A stretch of 61,485 nucleotides of DNA, filler included, from Choristocarpus tenellus KU-1152 (GCA_964200185.2; 8 parts of 8 records of this genome joined end to end with filler, not necessarily neighbours in it); one strand, 5' to 3'. Numbered from the whole stretch's first letter, positions 22,097 to 34,829 are shown. Made by a program: numbers and translations. The notes: generated from the letters alone by a model not told the origin.

Positions 22097-22358
22097 GAGT
22101 CAAAGCATTTACGAGGGTAGGCCTGCGTTTGTTCGGGATCATAAATCCTATGTTGCGATTTTGATGAATTTTGACTATCGTGTTTGTTAGCGTCAAAATA
22201 CTTAAATACTTGCTCCGGACAAACCTTTCATAGTTGTATACATTTTAGCTAACTGCATTCACACAGAAAACCAAGAAAGGGCATAAATATCCCGTGTAAA
22301 GCCAAGCCCCAAACGGACAAACAGGGCAAAACTCCTACACTCTTCAATACTTTGGGTC
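22097..22358 (-). mobile_element. MITE family A copy
   Basis: Termini gagtcaaagcatttacgagggta / tacactcttcaatactttgggtc; flanks actt/acta. Confidence 0.75.
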
Positions 22359-22688
22359 ACTAATTTTGTACAGAATACAGAAAAATCCTGTACACATTTG
22401 TAAAAAAAGACGAATTTTGTACATTTTATAAGCATCCTTAAGATGCAACTGTGTGTACCTCTCATTTACTTTGACTCACATTTGTGCAAAACGCATTTTT
22501 TTCACCAACAAGTAAATGAATAAAGATGATATGATATCATTACGATCGATGTACTGGTTTGGACATGAAGGAAGGGTTGATGTATCTTTCAAATATGGTA
22601 GTAGGTTGATATCCACTACTCTGCCATGTGCTTTGAGCATTGATCCTGGTTTGAAGTATGTCATGTTGGAAGCAACAATGTTGTGCCG

Positions 22689-22946
22689 GAGTGGAAGTAT
22701 CTTAGAGGGTACGAGTTTTGCCCTGTTTGTCCGTTTGGGGCTTGGCTTCCCATGTTTTTTTCATGACATTTTACTTCTCCAATTTTTTTCGGAGTAGGTA
22801 AATTGTGTGCGTTTTGAAAACGTGTGACCGGGAAAAGGATATTGATACTTCCTTACAAATACGATAGCCAAAATTACATCAAAATCGCAACATTGGATTT
22901 TGGCCCTCAAATGGATGCGACTCTACCCTTTAAGATACTTTGGCTC
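22689..22946 (+). mobile_element. MITE family A copy
   Basis: TIRs gagtggaagtatcttagagggta / taccctttaagatactttggctc; flanks gccg/gcag. Confidence 0.85.
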
Positions 22947-23769
22947 GCAGTGCACATTTATTTGCACAAAAACAAAAAAACATGATGTTGTATTAAAACT
23001 CCACAATGTACTGCCTCAGAAACACAATTTAGGCGAAGGAGTCTTTCCGCTTAGGCGCTGCGTGCCCACAGATATCTACTTTGAACTCTTCTCATCAAAT
23101 CCCTCTGCCTTTTCTTCCGTGATCTCCTCCTTGTGGAACAGACAAATGAATGATGAGAAGAATAGCATCTACCACTACACCAATGTATACCACCATCTCA
23201 TAAGGATGTTATTCCTACCCTTCGCTTCCTACCACCCCATCACCAGTCACATTCCTACTCCTTGAAAGTAAAATCATAGTCACACTGCCTGTGACAAAGC
23301 TTATCACTATTTTATCTTTGGAAAGATGCTGCAAAGTACGCATTTGTGTATCCTTCCATTAAACCCCACATAAAAGAAGTGTGGTTTTTGAATATTATCA
23401 AAACTCTCCTACGTCAAAGGTTTTTATTGTAGTCAATTGTGAGTTTGTCTCCTGGAGACGCTTGTCCTGAAGTTAACACTGTACCAAGTCACTCCACAGA
23501 TAATGATATGCACTAGTCAAATTTGTTCGCCTATCGCCCCCAGTGACAAGATGCGGTTGGAGTTGACATGATTGGGCCCATCCAGTTTTTCAACTTAAGC
23601 ACAACCACGACATGCACTTGCGCGGTTGCTTACATGAAAATCTCGACCCTCAGCATCCAAGACACTACTAAAATCGAATGCATGCAACACAGTATGACAA
23701 TTCAACGTGTATTTATCTTTAGTTAGGTACAATACAGAGTAGGAACGCACATAGTGGTATGATGAGTCG

Positions 23770-24039
23770 GAGTCAAGGTATCTTAGAGGGTAGAGCCGGG
23801 TGCATTTGAGCCCAAAATCCAATGTTGCGATCTTGATCTAATTTTGGCTATCGTGTTTGTTAGGAAGTGTTAATATCCTTGTTCCAGACACACACATGAT
23901 AACCTACTCCAAAACGTACACATTTTACCTACTCTGAAACATTTCGGAATAGGAAAATGAAATTTAAGAAAAACGTGGGAAGTCAAGCCTCAAACGGACA
24001 AACAGGGCAAATCCGGTACCCTCTAAGATACTTTCACTC
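23770..24039 (-). mobile_element. MITE family A copy
   Basis: TIRs gagtcaaggtatcttagagggta / taccctctaagatactttcactc; flanks gtcg/gtca. Confidence 0.85.
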
Positions 24040-24059
24040 GTCAGTCTCTGGCCAAACGT

Positions 24060-24900
24060 CAGGAAATTGATGGCTAAGACAGAAACCCATCGCATAACTA
24101 ATAAACAGTGTATGTTAACCATGTAACCCACCAGCACCTCATGACGACGAGCCTTTCCTGCGTTAAGTTCTTCAACACACGGATCTGGCGGGTCCCTTCC
24201 AACTGGACATCACGAGAGGACTTAAGTATATCCAAGTATATCCAGACGGGAGCAGCAGGGACAAGCGAATTTACGGCTTGAAGACCAGAGGTGCAGCGAC
24301 GGACGCAACTGCTGCCTACGTCGATAAATGGCCAGAGGAGTTGTGGTTGTGAAGTGCACCAGTGAGGATGGTGCGGAGAACTCGGTAAATCAGTTTGATT
24401 CCAACGCATACAAGCCAATAACAGGATTCGATGAAGGAAGTCGCCACCACATACACCCCAGAGCAGCAATAGGATCGCGGAATGGTCATCAAGCAACTGA
24501 TGGAGGTTTTGAGGAGCCAACTTGTAAAAGCAGTACTAGGCGATGAGTACTGGTTCTTTGCCATAACGGACGTGGAATATACAACAGAAGGGATGCCGCA
24601 CGAGCACTTGGGGGAGACACCTTACGAACGAATCACAGGAAAGTAAATTCAACTACGACAGGTTGAGAGTCTAGAGGAGTGTGTGCTGCGTACATCAGAC
24701 AAGCAACACCGTGGAGCTGCATCGACATTTCACCCCCATGCCAAGAGGGGACTGCTAATGGGACACCACCGGACATCACTATGCTGGCAAGTATGGCTTC
24801 CTTGGGAAGGCAAGCTAGTAACTTCGGCGCATGTGACCTTCGAACCAGAGGAGCGCACTATGGACTTGTAGGTGAACGGGATTTCTCTCTGACCGAGTAC
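24060..24900 (+). mobile_element. Decayed Ty1/Copia LTR retrotransposon integrase fragment
   Basis: Broken + frames give HTDLAGPF...GLKYIQVYPDGSSRDKRIYGLKTR (from 24176), SPPHTPQSSNRIAE, LGDEYWFFAITDVEY and ETPYERITGK. These match the Copia rve motifs HTDxxGP, TPQQNGxAER and TPYE. Stops and frameshifts are present. Confidence 0.8.
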
Positions 24901-25163
24901 TATGAACAAGACGAGTACGACTCGGACGGGGAATCTGAGAGGGGTTATATTGACGAATCCATCGACGTCACAGAGTCCAACCCATCAACAACATCTTCAA
25001 TATCACAGTCGCTCGCGGGGTCTGACGCATGAGAATGGAAAGGAATTATGGAGGAGATGGAGGGACAATGGATGAAGGGGACACTCTGCCACGGGGAAGG
25101 GAGTGTTAAAGTATCCCCAAAATGATCAAAGAGGATAAAGGTGATAAACCCGGCGAGATTGCT

Positions 25164-25263
25164 NNNNNNNNNNNNNNNNNNNNNNNNNNNNNNNNNNNNN
25201 NNNNNNNTTAATTAATTAANNNNNNNNNNNNNNNNNNNNNNNNNNNNNNNNNNNNNNNNNNNN
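25164..25263. other. Artificial contig linker
   Basis: Same 100-nt spacer. Confidence 0.97.
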
Positions 25264-25421
25264 GTGGCAGCTGTCCATTTGGGGTCATTTTTTTTTTTTT
25301 TCGATTTTTGGGTGATTTGGTTGAATACTTCGGATGGATAATGTAAATGCACTTTTCCTGATTTTGGGCCAAATAGACACCCTGGTGTAGACCCCCTCCC
25401 CTTCCCCAGATACTCTGGGTA
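25264..25421 (+). mobile_element. MITE family B copy (left end lost in the gap)
   Basis: gtggcagctgtccatttggggtc ... ccctggtgtagacccc ... cccagatactctg, homologous to 46681-46863. Confidence 0.8.
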
Positions 25422-25462
25422 AGGTGCAGCCGACGAGTACCCCTCGGATTGTCCAGGCACGA

Positions 25463-25721
25463 GAGCGAAAGTATTTTAGAGGGTAAAGTCGCGTCCGTTT
25501 GGGGACCAAAAACCAATGTTGCGATTTTGATGTAATTTTGGCTATCGTGTTTGTTAGGAAGTGTCATTATCCTTGTTCCAGACACACCTTTTCATAACGT
25601 ATACAAATTACTTACTCAAGAAACATTTCGGAGTAGGAAAATGTCATAATATTCCCTTGGGAAGCCAAGCCCCAAACGGACAAATAGGGGAAAACCCCTA
25701 CCCTCTAAGATACTTTCACTC
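25463..25721 (-). mobile_element. MITE family A copy
   Basis: TIRs gagcgaaagtattttagagggta / taccctctaagatactttcactc. Confidence 0.85.
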
Positions 25722-26137
25722 AGGGAGAGAATGAGTCTGTCGACAAATATACTTTACGTTGCACAACAGTAATGAATCGTTTATTAGATTATGTTCGTCG
25801 TACAAAATCGTCCTCAGATTCGGTCGACACAACAACTTTACCTGTCGAGCAACTGAAAATAACCCTGATCCTACGATTCGTCTTGAGCAGATTCGGGACG
25901 AACTTGCCACCACGTTTGCCCAGGCTTGTGACCGTGCCAAACGTCATGAAGCTAACAATCTATCTGGTAGTAATCCCGCAGCCAGTACAACTGACAGAAC
26001 ATCACAGCCCCCGGACATGTCACAGTATGTGGAGTCACCATCAACACTCCAGTACACCGTTGATCATCACCAAAGTAGTGTGTGCCAGTACCCAGATTGT
26101 CAGGTGGCGACTTGTGAGGGTCATACAACCCAGTCGT

Positions 26138-26402
26138 GAGTGAAAGTATCTTAGAGGGCATGAGTTTTGCCCTTTTTATCCATTTGGGGCTTGGCTTCTC
26201 ATGTTTTTTTAAAATGACATTTTCCTACTGCTCCAAAATGTTTCGGAGTAGGTAAGATGTATACGTTATGAAGAGGTGTGTTCGGAACAAGGATATTGAC
26301 ACTTCTTAACAAACACAATAACCAAAATTACATCAAAATTGCATCATTGGGTTTTTTTTAATTCCAAATGGACGCGGCCCTACCCCTAAGATACTTTGGC
26401 TC
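26138..26402 (+). mobile_element. MITE family A copy
   Basis: TIRs gagtgaaagtatcttagagggca / tacccctaagatactttggctc; flanks tcgt/tcat. Confidence 0.85.
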
Positions 26403-26894
26403 TCATTGGTTTTTCCCCTGACACACCTGGAAAACGTCAGTGGGCATAATAATAAAAATAATAGGGAGGAGAGATAATGTAAAGAAAACAAACTTTAACC
26501 ACAAAATGGAGTGCTACTACTAAATCAGTGAAATAATGTACCAGAAAATAACAAAAAACAACACTCCAAAAATTAACACAATTAAGTATGAAGGGGACGA
26601 GAGTTAAGGGAAGAATCCCATTAATCTGGCAACCCTCTCCTCGTATTCCATCGGTCTGTAGTCTTTTATTCAAAAAGCAGGTCTTTTCTCCAGATGGTCG
26701 CTTGAGTAGTGTCTGAAATAATCTAGCTCAGCTACACATTATGAATTAGTTAAGATGTAAAATATCTATGGAAGCAGGAATGACGCATGAAACCTGTGAA
26801 GAGGTACTACTGAATGTACTACTATGGTTGTATGGAGAAATTGCAGGTATGATATTTTAATTCCTCAAAGTGTGGAAAGCATGTTTGTTTGTTG

Positions 26895-27844
26895 TTATGC
26901 CGTTATTGCCGTATGCCATATACCGTTATAGCGCCGTACCGATTGAGGTTCTTTGTCAAGCATCCATGATTCCACTGGTAGACCTTCCGTCAGAATGAAA
27001 CCATGGAATCTCTTCACAAGACCAATCCCACAGACTTGGGACAAATCGTCATTCAGAGTTGTCACACATGGAAGATCCACTTTGTTCTCACATCTTGACT
27101 TGTGGTGATGACGCCCCATCTTTGAAGGTGTTCATCACACCTCGATTTGCACTTGTCCAACCGTAACCTCGTACCTTCGGTTACGGTTCATCTTTGTTCG
27201 TCTCGTCCGTCTTGCCCGGTGATTCTCTTCGCCACCCTTCCCTGAGTGAACCACACCGCCACAGAATCACACGATTCACATTGGCGACACCGGTGACCTC
27301 AGAAATAGGGAGACGGGGAATTTTTTTGTTTGACCACGGACAAAAGATGCCGAACTCAAGATCGAGGCTACAATGTCGTGCACAGGAGCGCCTGACTCCA
27401 CATACATCTGGAACCATCCAGAACGTCGGAGGAGGAGGTCCAAGGTCACGAGTCTACAGAAGACATGGAGTCTTCTACCAATATCAACTCTGACTCATCT
27501 TGTGTCACGTCTAGCTCGTCTAGTAACATAACACTTGCCGAACGTAGAGAAGGTTCCCCTCCTTCCCCCCAACAGATCGTCAGGCCTATGCCAGACCCGT
27601 GTCGTCGACCCTTGAACATCATGTTAGCTTGGGTGACCGTGACACTCGTTGGGTCCTCTTTCAGGAAGAACCGGTCCCACCTCCAAGTTCTACTACTTGA
27701 GAGGTGGCCATTTCGCAGGCCAAGGTCGGTGATGCTGTACCAGCATTCATCGCACACCACATCAACGAGTGCGCAAGAACAAACACCGTGCCTCCTGAAT
27801 GGCTTCAGGACCTGCTGAAGATCCAAGCTCGGGGGAATAGGCAT
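26895..27844 (-). mobile_element. Decayed IS630/Tc1-like DDE transposase
   Basis: Successive broken minus frames: MPIPPSLDLQQVL (like the N-terminal YSxDLR motif), an HTH-like SSSRTWRWDRFF, MLLDEL, TDETNKD...RGYGW (first catalytic D, 27190-27207), and FHGFIL...LP...PQSVRRYNGIWH (degenerate SVxxxDNxxxH). Confidence 0.65.
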
Positions 27845-28434
27845 TGATCACGTAATATCCGTTGAACAGAGTAGCGATGTCGCACACCCACAACCACTGT
27901 CAGAAGGGAGTCGTTTCAGGTTTTCCGCTTCGGAAATCTCATCTGGTCTGACAATTACAGGTTCTGGAGAAGAAGATTTGCCACTCCTGTTCTCTAAATG
28001 GCATGTGGCAATATCCCTTAATCCAGTTAGTACGGTCCAGCATCCCCTGAGACAATTGATGCTTGGTGTGTAGAACCTTTACCGAAAATTCTTCAAGGAC
28101 TCTGCTGAAACATTCTATTTTCAGGCATTGGCGGGTACGATAGAGTGGTGTTCAACAAGTTATTTGGCTCGATTGCAATCGCCTCTTGACATCCCTGTCC
28201 CCATTCACCTCCAAAGACGTGGGATGATGTCCAGAAAGCCTTGATCACTGCATTTACCCCCGCCTATGCTGTAAGTGCATCAGCCCGTAGACTAATGTCC
28301 TTGAAACAGTGAGAATTATTCACATGTCAGAAAAAATCCTAAAAGAGTAATAGTTGTCATAAATGTGAAAGACATCATCTATTTACTACTTTACTATCAG
28401 CTATGCTGCACCACTGCCTTCCTGTGCCTCCAAC

Positions 28435-29060
28435 CTAGCTTAGTCCTGCATCCCAAGAATCTAACAATCCCCTCCTTGCCCATCTCTTTGGTGTCTCTAG
28501 CTTGAAACGCATGACACGTAGTCTAGATAGGACTGCTTGCGTTGTGACAGAGACTATCTGGTGTAGACGGGATTTGACAGCCCCTTTTCTGTTGTAGCCT
28601 CCTGTCCTTCTCCCCCCTACCGTGTGCATAGTTAGCTCATCCGGAAAAACTTTCCGCTTGTTTACCAAGACACCCAAAATTTTCCCCGCGAAGGTGTTGA
28701 GGTTATAACTCCGAGGGTCAAAAGATCCCTCATAGTGGGTGTGCTTTCGCGCCTCAGCTGCAGCAGCAGCTACACCATTGCTGGTGGATGAGTGTGGGAG
28801 GTGAAATGCCGCCTGCACTTCTCCAAAGGTATCAAGAAGGAGGCCCTTGTCCCGGTAGGGTGCTGATTCAGCATCCGCTAGTGCCCCAGCACAGAAGACC
28901 AGATCCATGTGGAAACTTCTGTCCACTGCAAATGAGTTACCATCCTCCATAATAAAAGGGGTTCCCATTCCTTTGCAAAGTTGACCCAGATGCTTCACCA
29001 TCGGTGTGTGTTGGCGAACCTGTCCTCCTGCCCTATAGCAGGTACGTACATGTCTGGTGT
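28435..29060 (-). mobile_element. Second decayed copy of the RLE-type (CRE-like) non-LTR retrotransposon 3' end
   Basis: ORF 29001-28435 (HMDLVFCAGALADAESAPYRDKGLLLD...SSTSNGVAAAAAEARKHTHYEGSFDP) is clearly homologous to 14139-14440 and continues to the element's C-terminus. Confidence 0.78.
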
Positions 29061-29097
29061 TGACGTGTATCTCTCCTCCCTATTATTGTCGTGGAGG

Positions 29098-29150
29098 TAT
29101 TATTATTATTGTTATTATTGTTATTATTGTTATTATTATCATTATTATTA
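29098..29150. repeat. (TTA/TTG)n microsatellite next to the CRE-like fragment
   Basis: Read directly. Confidence 0.85.
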
Positions 29151-30344
29151 CATTTTGTTTCTTCTCCCCTTCATCTTGTTTTAACTACGGTGCTACAACA
29201 CTTCAAGAGCATTTGTATATATACTTTTTATTATTTTTGATCACGCCTTCTAACATTTTCCAGATCTATGTAGGTTACAATATATATCGTACCATCTACC
29301 TCAACACCATCTTTAATAGTACGAACAAGACATTGCATATTATATATTATTGCATTGCATTCTTTCTGATCACCCCTTGTTCCCCTCTAATTTTTTAAAA
29401 AATAAGATTTTCAGTTGCTCATCATTATTGAAGATGAAGAGGTGGAAAAAAACTTTGTGCGACTCCTTGAACAATAGTATCATCAAGTAGTCGAACAAAC
29501 ACAACAACACACAACAATAAGGGTGAAGGGTGTCGAGTGTCAAGTGTCAAGTATCTCGGCAGGACTTTGCTGAAGCTCAAGTATATATATACATTGCAAC
29601 AGCTCAAGCAGACTTCCGAAAAATAGCAAAAACCATATGGTGAGGATTAAATATTCGGAAATAGACAGCGCTACTTCGTTCTGTATGTGATAGGATCACA
29701 TCGAGTATCCCTCGAGTCCGACGATCCTCCCCAACGACATTTGATCCGTCCCACTTGTGGTACAAGAGCGTGTGCCTTTCGTTCTGCTGATTGCCCTACA
29801 ACGGCAGTCAGTTCACGATCCTGCTGCGCACAACTAACCATTCGAATGAGAGCGTCGATGAACTACACCACAGTTACTGACACAAATTTATCCTGTTTTC
29901 GCACCAAAAATGGGGTTTTACTCCCATATTACACCTCCGTATAGGCTACTGTAGTCGCGAAGATTGTTATGGGTGCTGCTGCCGCTGCTGCTGAAGCAGC
30001 AGCGGGGAGGGGAGAAACCACCAGTCCACCAGACTACAACAGATATGAACAAGGTGCGTATGAGAGACAAACAAACACAACTTAACTGAAGTGTACACTG
30101 TGGTTATAGTAGTACGCATTAGTGGGGTACAATTAGTCATGGTCTGCCGAAATCCATGGGTCAGGCCTGCCCCGCCACTGACTATAAAAGAGAGCATGTA
30201 TTTTCAACGACCTGTACGAACGTATACACATACAATTTGTATACTCTTCGTCTTTTTTTGAGTTTCCACACCTCGAAGAAAATTTATCAGTCCAACATAC
30301 CCGCTTACGCGTTGTCTCTGCTATGTAGTAGAGAATATGCACCA

Positions 30345-30403
30345 GGATCGAAGTATCTGGGAGGGGGTGGCGGCTGTCCATTTGGGGTCAATTTTTTCAT
30401 ATC
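30345..30403 (+). mobile_element. MITE family B left end, cut by the gap
   Basis: ggatcgaagtatctgggagggggtggcggctgtccatttggggtc. Confidence 0.75.
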
Positions 30404-30503
30404 NNNNNNNNNNNNNNNNNNNNNNNNNNNNNNNNNNNNNNNNNNNNTTAATTAATTAANNNNNNNNNNNNNNNNNNNNNNNNNNNNNNNNNNNNNNNNN
30501 NNN
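30404..30503. other. Artificial contig linker
   Basis: Same 100-nt spacer. Confidence 0.97.
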
Positions 30504-30763
30504 GGTGGTCGATTAGGCTTGTGACGCAGCCATCCAACTCCCCCAACCTCAATATTATTGACCTGTGCTTCTTCAGGTCTTTGAAATCCCAGGTGATGGG
30601 GGAACAGTTTGGGTCTGTTGAGGAGATGGCGAAGGTCAATAAGAAAAGTATGAGTATGATGAAACGACACTTGAGAGGGCTTGGCAGCTCCTTTTTGTGG
30701 TGTACAATAAAGTACTTAGATATAAAGGGGGGAATGACCTCAGTATGGAGAACACAGGGGTAA
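30504..30763 (+). mobile_element. Mariner-like transposase C-terminal relic (DD39D/plant-mariner-type motif)
   Basis: TQPSNSPNLNIIDLCFFRSLKS matches the QPPNSPDLNxxDLGFFxxLQ signature. Truncated by the linker at 30503. Confidence 0.7.
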
Positions 30764-31756
30764 GGAAGAGGCAGTTGTCTGGTGAGCTTGAAAACGCACC
30801 AAAGGTAGCCATGGAGGCTTTTTCTGTGGCTGATCAAATTGGAATGGGTAGGGAGTAATAATAATAAAAAGAGCTGACCCTAACCAGAAATTCGTCAAGG
30901 ATTCCAAATCTTCTTCAGAAATGGATTTCATTATCTTCAAAAGTTATGGAAAACGCGGCACAGACTTATGGCACGGAGGTAGTATGTATGTATGCATGTG
31001 TCGACTGTCAGAATTCTGTAGGGCCATTTCCTGCTTACTGCTTCTGCGATCAATCAGTACAACTTGTAGAAAAATAGTGCCGAAGATCATCAATCAATCA
31101 ACTTCAACGACCTTGTGTCAACAAAATACTCGGAATATATTTAAGGATTATAGACTGCACAACAACTTCGGCAATGCAATATACCTGTTTATTCGGTCGA
31201 ACCGTCTAATCGTAACTTCATTTATGTTGTTTTGCCCTATCTTCTACCCAATGGTTACCGCATGAGGGTGCAAGGGCCACATAGAACCGAAGAAAGAAGA
31301 ACATAATTTCCCAAACCCAAATAGAGTTAAAGTAAACGAGAGGTACCCATAGTTGCATTTGAAGGATGCTGACACGTATGTGCAAAATTCGACGTTTAAA
31401 AATAAAAATGTGTGTGGAATATTTTCTTATTTGTATGGGAAAGGTTTCAAACAATAGAGAAATAAACGCTCTCAAGTCAAACTTCGAATTACGTTCATAC
31501 AAATATGGGTGAATTGCAAAAGATTGAAAAATAAACTTACTTCCACAATTAAAGTACATACAGGTATTATATGTAGGTAGCCACTATACTATATGCAGAA
31601 CCCAACAGTCGTATAATCTGACTCAGAACTAAAACACTGATCCCTCAACTTTCACTCCTTCCGTCCTGCTTTGCAGCGATTGACTGGTTTTGTGTTGGTG
31701 TTTGATCTTATTTTGTGACCCCTTAAGAGAGATGTCCCCAAGAGTCGAAACCAACT

Positions 31757-31980
31757 GAGAGTTAGGCAAGGTTGCTTTTCAAGAATCCCAAGAAAGGGCA
31801 AAAAAATGTAATTTTGTAAAATTGCAGAAAGAGCCTTTGCTGGATTGCTGCGTCACTTTGTGTGTGGAAAGGTGGAAGATCAATTTTACGCACACTATTG
31901 TTGTTCAAAGCAACGAAATAGAGTGCATTGCACAGGGAAGAAAAATCCCTTAGAAGAGGGTCCAAACTTGCCTAACTTCC
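31757..31980. mobile_element. Putative MITE (family C, single copy here)
   Basis: Imperfect 18-bp inverted repeats gagagttaggcaaggttg / caaacttgcctaacttcc enclose about 190 bp of non-coding DNA; 4-bp flanks aact/aatt. Confidence 0.5.
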
Positions 31981-32031
31981 AATTGTCTTGGCTACTACAT
32001 ACATGATATGGCCTATCATCTCCATCATAGT

Positions 32032-32289
32032 GTGTGAAAGTATCTTAGAGGGTACAAGTTTTTCCCTGTTTGTCCATTTGTGGCTTGGTTTCTTTTGGTG
32101 GTTTTATTACATTTTTCTACTCCAATATATCTCGGAGTAGGTAAAATGTGTACATTACGAAAATGTGTCTTCGGAATAAGGATATTGACACTTCCTAACA
32201 AACACGATGGCCAAATTTACATCGAAACCGAAACATTGGATTTTGGTCCCCAAATGGACGCGACTCTACCCTCTAAAATACTTTGGCTC
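32032..32289 (+). mobile_element. MITE family A copy
   Basis: TIRs gtgtgaaagtatcttagagggta / taccctctaaaatactttggctc. Confidence 0.85.
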
Positions 32290-34029
32290 AGTGTTTTCTG
32301 TTTTTATCTCAAACATCAGGCTGTCGTTTTCCTGTTTACTGTCCTCGACCTGTCCCTCTCCAACTATCTGCAGAAGATCAAGCAAAGTTGAATGGCCCTT
32401 CGCTAAAAACATATGCAGAAATGAAGACCACCAACTATATCGGTAATACAATATACCTTCACCCGATCAGATAGTCTTACATAGTCTAACCACAACTTCA
32501 ACCTAGTATCCCAAACACCCAACTGTATAAATCCCCGATTAGTTATTTCACATGCAGGTACTACACAGAGGTAAACCCCTCGATACATGTAGAACTTGAT
32601 ATCCTCATCTGATTCTAGACTGATACACTGATATCTCAACTTCAACCTCCAATTCCTCCAACCTACTATTAACGAGGGGAGTAGTGTTACAACGCACTCC
32701 AGAACTTACCTCCACAGGATGCGTAGCTCTAATCCAACGACCTTAAGACGATGCTACGGGGTATTTCCGCAGTTGATAGCGACGTGTGGGTGTCAGCCAC
32801 TCTTCTCTCGATGCTTCACTTAGTGCTTTGCTCAAAGCTTAACTTGATATTTTAATCTAGAAATAAAGAGCGAGCAAGAGTACGATGAGCAGTAAAGTAT
32901 TCTTACATTTGCATCACTCACACAGTTTCTACAGACTACAATTTGAAAGAAACCTGCCAGTTATTGTATACGTACTCAAATTACAAGTCTTTCCTGTAAC
33001 TTCTAAGAAATCCGCATTTATTCTGTAAGACCACGTATGATGTGCTACGCATCTCACATACTGCTCGCGCTTGCTAGAATACGAGGAGAAATGCCCACGC
33101 TATTCGCCTGTAGCAGTAGTATGAGGTTAAATTCTTGATAATTAATCCCCTCTTCTTTCTCTAAGCATTAAAAAATATATTTTTTCCCAAATTTGTTGAA
33201 ACGGTCAGCTCTAATTACAATGATCCCATTGTGTACGATGTAGTCAGGTGAGCGCCTATGACTTGAGTCTCAAGTCAGTGTAAACCTCGACTCCTATCTC
33301 TATGTACTCGGGTGCAAAAAAATTGAGGGCCCTTTGCAAGTCAAAAGAGATTCTTCTAGCTTGCAGAAGACCACGAAAGAAGACCATTATTGGTGGTCAG
33401 GGAGAACGGGATTAGATGAACAACTTTGGTTTTTGTCGCAACTCAAAACCAATGGATGGCCCAAAAAATGAGTCCCAGGAGGTGAATACAAAAGCAGGAG
33501 GTCGAGACGGTAGGCCTTGGAGGGACCTGCAGACGTTGGGACATCGGTAAAACAAGAGGGGGAGGTTGAGGTAAGACCAGGCAAGGGTCCGTACAGTCGT
33601 AGCGAGGAAGAAATGGATGGAGGACCCCACCAGACATATTGCTCATGAGGTTATGGAGGCTGATACCAAAGCGCAAATGGAGAAAACTCAAGTTGGTCGG
33701 CAGAGAAGCTCCTTTCAAGGAACAGGCACATGTATTACTGATCCTGTTCTATCAGTTGTTATCTACAACCATATGGGACAACTGAGACAGTGGAGGCTAT
33801 CCGCCTAGAAACGGGAGTGGGATACAAAAAGGATTTCCACATCATGAAAAGTTAGAAGGAGATAGGGAAGAGAGATATTTTCTGGGGGCGGGAAGGGGAT
33901 TGTTCCAGTGGACTCTGATAAGAGGTACAAGCTCCTTAAACCACATCTTGATGAATGAAACTCATCTGTACGCGGCACTCTTTGGGAAAAGTAGTTCTGT
34001 AGGGATTAGGTGACCTGGATAAACACAAC

Positions 34030-34273
34030 GAGTGAAAGTATCTTAGAGGGTGCGAAATATTCCCTGTTAGTCCGTTTGAGACTTGGCTTCCCACAGTTTT
34101 TTTAAAATGACGTTTCGGAGTAGGTAAAGTGTGTATGTTGTGAAAAGGTGTGGGCAGAACAAGGACATTGGCACTTCCTAACAAACACTAATAGCCAAAA
34201 CCACAGCAAAATCGCAACATGGGATTTTGGCCCCCAAATGGACGTGGCTCTACCTTCTAACATACTTTGACTC
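34030..34273 (+). mobile_element. MITE family A copy
   Basis: TIRs gagtgaaagtatcttagaggg / taccttctaacatactttgactc. Confidence 0.85.
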
Positions 34274-34289
34274 AAAGTTTGGGGTGGAA

Positions 34290-34630
34290 CTCTCATTCAG
34301 GAGTCCGGGTACCATCCTGAAGACCTGGGATGTGATTTGGCCATTGCCTTGTATGCCCAAGTTTCAGCCCATTAAGTTGTTTTGGCAGCATGCACACACA
34401 GGGGAGAATGATTGCCGATTGCCCAAGTGAGAGACCAGATTAGGTTGGGGTGATTCAGTGACCCTATCTGGGATCGGATTGAGGGTGGATAGAGACCAGG
34501 AGATTGTAGCAAGTTGGTTGCTCACGCCCAGAGGGAGACGATAATACATCAAGACAGAGCATAGGATATTGATGGAAGACATATTCCTGACGAATATCCC
34601 GTATGAGCTGAAAGATATGGAAAAGTTAGC
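34290..34630 (+). mobile_element. IS630/Tc1-like transposase relic (C-terminal catalytic motif)
   Basis: VIWPLPCMPKFQPIKLFWQHA resembles the vlxlPPYxPxLxPIExxW motif. Heavily decayed. Confidence 0.45.
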
Positions 34631-34672
34631 GTGAATGATGGATGGTGTAGAGGGGGGAGTAGACGAGATCTT

Positions 34673-34690
34673 GGGTCAAGTATCTGGGGG
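34673..34690. mobile_element. MITE family B terminus at a contig end
   Basis: gggtcaagtatctggggg followed directly by the N linker. Confidence 0.55.
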
Positions 34691-34790
34691 NNNNNNNNNN
34701 NNNNNNNNNNNNNNNNNNNNNNNNNNNNNNNNNNTTAATTAATTAANNNNNNNNNNNNNNNNNNNNNNNNNNNNNNNNNNNNNNNNNNNN
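34691..34790. other. Artificial contig linker
   Basis: Same 100-nt spacer. Confidence 0.97.
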
Positions 34791-34829
34791 GGAGTTCGCT
34801 CTTGGCGCAGTGGGGTCCAAGGAGCCACT

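Noticed and set aside
22900-32446. Recurring peptides such as KWTRLYPLRYF and ILTLPNKHD in several ORFs
   Set aside because: They are chance translations of non-coding MITE-A copies.
20783-34273. Recurring ~23-bp repeats resembling a CRISPR array
   Set aside because: They are inverted pairs bounding homologous ~260-bp units that are dispersed irregularly, i.e. MITE TIRs. There are no unique spacers or cas genes.
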